From an uncultured Planctomycetota bacterium (lineage in GTDB: Bacteria > Planctomycetota > Planctomycetia > Pirellulales > Lacipirellulaceae): a stretch of DNA of 64,000 bases. The position numbers and the translations under genes are program-made. Within the stretch, counting starts at the first letter, position 1. The number at the start of each line of letters is the position of its first letter. This document shows, in pieces, positions 60,868-64,000 of the stretch. The stretch spans positions 1,376,001 through 1,440,000 of the forward strand of contig CAVRBU010000002.1 of NCBI GenBank assembly GCA_963719315.1, in the 5' to 3' direction. The notes under the pieces were generated by a model. It was not told the DNA's origin, made no database searches, and worked only from the letters and a program-made list of their open reading frames with translations.

Positions 60868-61197
60868 CTACTTCTTCTCAAGCAGCTTTTGACCCTCTGA
60901 CTTCAACCTGCCCGCGATCTTCTCCGCGATCGCCGCCAGTATCTCCGGCAGATCGAGTTGAATCTCCACCGCATCGGCCCGCACATCGAGCCGGCCCGTC
61001 AACTTCTGCCCCATGCCGCCCCCTTCGAAGTGCAGCCGGTCGCCTTCCCACCGCTCTTGAAACGAGAGCATCGAGCCCATCGCACCCATGCCGCTAGCCA
61101 TCTGCTGCCGCAGCCGTCCAAAGCCCTCTTCGATCCGCCGTCGCGCTTCGTCCTTACCCAAAGCATGAGGAATCGTAACTGTAACCGGTCGTGCCAT
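60868..61197 (-). CDS. Polyhydroxyalkanoate-system (PHA_gran_rgn)-like small protein
   Basis: VTIPHALGKDEARRRI...WEGDRLHF...G.LDV...QKLLEKK. Confidence 0.7.
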   Translation of the reverse strand: MARPVTVTIPHALGKDEARRRIEEGFGRLRQQMASGMGAMGSMLSFQERWEGDRLHFEGGGMGQKLTGRLDVRADAVEIQLDLPEILAAIAEKIAGRLKSEGQKLLEKK

Positions 61198-61553
61198 GGC
61201 AACCTCGCAATCTGCATTCCCCTCACTTCCCATGATACCAAAACCCCGTAGGTCAGGCTCTGCCTGATGACCCTAGTGCTTTGTCAAAACAAAAGATTGG
61301 GGTTGAGCAGATCAGCCGCAGGGCGCTAGCCCACGGTTATTGTCGCTCCAACCGTGGGCTCTCGCCGTGAGGTTAATCCGAAAATCAAGATGTGACAGAG
61401 CACCAGGTTGTGCGCGGATCTCCCGACCCCGCACCGGCGAAGGACCGCAAGTCTCCTGCGTCCGGGAGACGTGCGGACGAAGATCTCGGCTTCCTGTACG
61501 CCCAAAAAAGAAATCCGCGCGGCCTTCTGCACCGCCGAATCGACTTCGGCCCA

Positions 61554-62339
61554 TCAACCAAGGGACCGCAGGTACTCGACCGCATTTTCGATATCCGCAA
61601 TCGGATTAGGCGATTCTCGGCGTTCGATCGTCGCCCAGCCGCGATAGTCGAATTCGGTCAGGCGTCCCAGTATTTCGGGGAAGTCGGCTGCACCGCGGCC
61701 GAGCTCGACCTCAACCGCTTCCCGCGTGGCTACATCGCGCACTGCATCGCACGCATGTACATGCAACACATGCGGCCCCAACAATTCCACTGCCTCGAGC
61801 GGCGTGTGGCCGCCCTTGATGAGGCCGCTGGGCTGCAAATCCACGCCCACCGAGTGCTCCGGCAATGCTGCAAGCAGGCGGGCCAGGTCTTGCGGACTTA
61901 CATCGGCCGTTTGCAGCGCGAGCCGCGCTCCAATCCGCTCCCCGTACATGCCAAGAGCGGTCATCACTTCGATGAGGCGATTCAGCGCAAGCGCGTCCGA
62001 TTCCGGCGGAACTCGACCCACGCGAATGATCACAACGTCGGTCCGCAAATCGGCCGCAAACCGCATCGCCGCCTGCGTCGCCAGCACGCGACGCTCCAGG
62101 TCATCCGGAACATCATACCCGCGGCGAGTGGGAAACGCCACGGCCGACACGCGCAGGCTCATGTCGCCGAGCAACTTATGGAACTCGCGCAAACCGGTCC
62201 GCGAAACGTCGCCCGGCCGCAATTCCGAACGGGCGTCGATCTCGACTCCGGCGGCGCCGAGCCGCGCAGCCGTCGCTAGCGCCTGCCGAATGGGCTGCCG
62301 CAGGCTTCGAGTTTGAATTCCGATTTTAACGTCTGGCAC
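61554..62339 (-). CDS. Sugar-phosphate isomerase/epimerase (xylose-isomerase-like TIM barrel)
   Basis: LGAAGVEI, HVHACD, ELGRGAADF, YRGWATIER. Confidence 0.85.
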   Translation of the reverse strand: MPDVKIGIQTRSLRQPIRQALATAARLGAAGVEIDARSELRPGDVSRTGLREFHKLLGDMSLRVSAVAFPTRRGYDVPDDLERRVLATQAAMRFAADLRTDVVIIRVGRVPPESDALALNRLIEVMTALGMYGERIGARLALQTADVSPQDLARLLAALPEHSVGVDLQPSGLIKGGHTPLEAVELLGPHVLHVHACDAVRDVATREAVEVELGRGAADFPEILGRLTEFDYRGWATIERRESPNPIADIENAVEYLRSLG

Positions 62340-62444
62340 GGTTGTAGCCGGGAGCAGGGGACGTGGAGCGCGGAGTCGGATGTATCACAGACTCAGAACG
62401 GCACTTTGGGCTCCCGGCCCATAAAACTACGGTACATTTTCGCG

Positions 62445-64000
62445 ATGAACACGATTTCATGGTTTCATAGTCGCCGGCGGTATTTTGTCTGCGATTTCGG
62501 GTTTCTTCGAGCGCTCGTCGCCGCTTTGATTGTACTGGCCTGCGCCCGCGTTGGCGAAGCCAAACCCGCCGATTCCGTACAGGTGTTCCATTGCGTGTTT
62601 GGCGACGACTGGGACGTGAACTACGATGGCTGGCCCGATCGCTGGGTCCGCAAGTCCGGCGCCGACTATCCGCATTATGTGAACATAGCGATCAAAGACG
62701 ACGATTCAGCCGTCACCAAGAAGTGCCTTACGATTGATTTGGATGGGGCCGCCGCGGCGATCGCCAGCCCGCCGATCGGCGTCATGTCTCGCTTCAGCTA
62801 TGTGTTCGAAGCGCAACTCAAAAATGAAGAGTTGAAGCACAGCACCGTCGTGGTAACGTTGGAATTTCGAGATTTTACCGGCAGCGTGCTGCAATCGATC
62901 GGGACGGAGCCGGTCGGCAACACGAATGGATGGCAGACGATTCGGCTTGGTCCCGTCGAGCCGCGCGACCCGGCGATTGACCGGGCCGTGTTGACTCTGC
63001 AAGTGATTCGCGGCAATAGAGGTGATCTGCAGGGCCGCGTTTCGCTGGCCGATGTGCGGCTCGAACGGCTGCCGCGGATCGATGTTTCAACGAATAACCC
63101 GTTCAATGTTTACACGAAGCCAAGTGACGTCGTCGTCAAATGCGCCCTTTCCGGAATTAGCGAACGGGACCCCGAGATTTACTTTCAATTGCTGGATGGG
63201 TCGAATCGCACGCTGCAATCCCAGCACTTCCGCCTGAACGGCCAACTCATCGTCAACAAGACGAACCGCAATGCCGCTACGTCGGAAAGCGGCGACGGCC
63301 CCAACGGCTATGAAGGCAATCTTGAATGGCGGCCCGATATTCCCGATTACGGATTCTACCGCGTGGTCGTGCGGATGATGAGTTCCAAAGCGGCTGCCGG
63401 GCACAATGAAGGCGAACGGCAATTGGACAGCCGCACGGTGGACCTGGTCGTAGCGCCGCCGCTGGAGATGCCGCGCCGTGGCGAATTCGGCTGGACGCTG
63501 CCCGACGGCGACCGCCCGCTGTCGTTTCAAGAGATGAGCCGGCTCCTGTCGGAGGTCGGAATCAATTGGGCCAAGGTGCCCGTCTGGTTCGACGCCAACG
63601 ATCCGCGCCGCGGTGACGAGTTGATTCGTTTCGTCGAATTGCTGGGCGCTTCGAACATTGATGTCGTGGGCATTCTCGACCATCCGCCCAACCTGCAGGC
63701 CAATAGCGGCCACCCGTCCCACGAGATTTCGATTGCCGACGTGCTTTCGCAGGATTCATCCACCTGGTCCACGGCGTTAGAGCCCGTCATGTCGCGGCTT
63801 GCCTTGCGCGTCCGCTGGTGGCAGCTTGGCCGCGACTACGATACGAGCCTGATCGGCGTGCCGACGCTCAACAAACGCATCAACGACCTGCGTTCCGCGC
63901 TGTTCCGTTTTGGCCAGGACGTTCGCATGGGCCTGTGCGCCGACTGGGAAGGCGCCGACACGTACACGGGCGACGTTTCCTGGGACTTTGTGCAGCTCGC
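62445..64000 (+). CDS. Large exported hypothetical protein (runs off the window end)
   Basis: Manual translation MNTISWF...ALIVLACARVGEA...DWDVNYDGWPDRW. Appears open to the window end, with typical codon usage. Confidence 0.7.
   Translation, partial: MNTISWFHSRRRYFVCDFGFLRALVAALIVLACARVGEAKPADSVQVFHCVFGDDWDVNYDGWPDRWVRKSGADYPHYVNIAIKDDDSAVTKKCLTIDLDGAAAAIASPPIGVMSRFSYVFEAQLKNEELKHSTVVVTLEFRDFTGSVLQSIGTEPVGNTNGWQTIRLGPVEPRDPAIDRAVLTLQVIRGNRGDLQGRVSLADVRLERLPRIDVSTNNPFNVYTKPSDVVVKCALSGISERDPEIYFQLLDGSNRTLQSQHFRLNGQLIVNKTNRNAATSESGDGPNGYEGNLEWRPDIPDYGFYRVVVRMMSSKAAAGHNEGERQLDSRTVDLVVAPPLEMPRRGEFGWTLPDGDRPLSFQEMSRLLSEVGINWAKVPVWFDANDPRRGDELIRFVELLGASNIDVVGILDHPPNLQANSGHPSHEISIADVLSQDSSTWSTALEPVMSRLALRVRWWQLGRDYDTSLIGVPTLNKRINDLRSALFRFGQDVRMGLCADWEGADTYTGDVSWDFVQL

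Noticed and set aside
62334..62348. Sigma-54-like TGGCAC-N5-TAGC upstream of the last gene
   Set aside because: The -12 box is imperfect and overlaps the start codon of the divergent gene, so support is too weak.

Overview
GC-rich bacterial DNA, most likely a planctomycete (Pirellulales-like). This is inferred from the dockerin/PEP-CTERM subtilase, the Minf_1886-type gene, the very long FliD/FlgL and the style of intergenic repeats. 1-19 kb: minus-strand flagellar cluster (flgF-G-A-H-I-J-N-K-L, fliW, csrA, fliC, fliD, fliS) followed by mqnD and a YbdK-type ligase. 19-29 kb: housekeeping genes and an IS4-family element. 29-47 kb: accessory-looking block (EmrAB-type pump, M50 protease, Hsp20, flavin monooxygenase, ClC channel, MoxR/Bat operon), then an IS21. 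The most unusual feature lies at 49.9-55.2 kb. A tRNA-Arg(CCU) gene is split exactly at its anticodon loop (TTTCCTAA duplicated) by a ~5.3-kb element with no integrase. The element does not rebuild the tRNA at either junction. It carries its own complete tRNA-Arg(CCU), inverted and with recoded stems, plus arm-type-like direct repeats near both ends. Its two cargo genes (a secreted protein and a Glu-His-Ser subtilase) are each interrupted by an IS5. 55-64 kb: ordinary genes. Many single-base frameshifts suggest an error-prone long-read consensus.
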